Part shown: positions 60,750-60,962 of the stretch, piece by piece | Position numbering within the stretch: position 1 is the first letter of the stretch | How the letters are laid out: each line of letters begins with the position of its first letter | From: an uncultured Chitinophagales bacterium | Lineage (GTDB): Bacteria; Bacteroidota; Rhodothermia; Balneolales; DATFMH01 | DNA length: 60,962 nucleotides | NCBI GenBank assembly: GCA_964572735.1 | Contig: CAZNHE010000003.1 | Span: 22,407-83,368, forward strand | Direction: 5' to 3' | Made by a program: the position numbers and the translations under genes | The notes under the pieces: generated by a model | What the model was told of the DNA's origin: nothing | What the model saw: only the letters and a program-made list of their open reading frames with translations | Databases searched by the model: none

Positions 60750-60962
60750 TTACTCCTGTGTTGTTTTTGCATTTTGGGCACAGCGGGCATCGATGAGTGA
60801 AGAAAAGGCTGTGTTTTTGTATCCGGCAGGGAAATAGTTTCTCATCCATCTCCTGTCGATGTAATGCTTGAGCCGCAGCATGAGCCGGTTCCTGATCCAT
60901 ATACTGCCGGTGGTACAGATTCCCTCAGGCCGTCCGGTGGACAGGATCAGGGGATTGACGGG
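60750..60962 (-). CDS. C-terminal end of a probable FAD-dependent pyridine nucleotide-disulfide/NDH-2-like oxidoreductase (5' end outside window)
   Basis: Manual translation PVNPLILSTGRPEGI..LRLKHYIDRRWMRNY..stop, resembling the LxTG...LKxxIDxxFM terminus of this family. Confidence 0.55.
   Translation of the reverse strand, partial: PVNPLILSTGRPEGICTTGSIWIRNRLMLRLKHYIDRRWMRNYFPAGYKNTAFSSLIDARCAQNAKTTQE

Overview
Core-chromosome segment of a bacterium, probably FCB-group (Bacteroidota/Balneolota/Rhodothermota-like). The assignment is inferred from Gln at +1 after several signal peptides, a TAnnTTTG promoter motif, DUF6515, and CarboxypepD-type barrels; it is not proven. The window holds a likely replication origin between dtd and purM with no dnaA nearby. 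Housekeeping genes include adk, dtd, purM, queA, a metZ-like gene and uvrA. Other loci are a LytS/LytTR-linked envelope cluster, GDP-heptose genes, a TetR-regulated RND pump, a combined caa3-oxidase plus Rieske/cytochrome b-c operon, and cytochrome bd. A cobalamin riboswitch precedes metE and a tyrosyl-radical-less (class Ic-like) ribonucleotide reductase. There are several small palindromic repeat families and a doubly frameshifted toxin-antitoxin pair. No tRNA, rRNA, CRISPR array, transposase or prophage was seen. All calls come from reading motifs by eye; no database searches were run.
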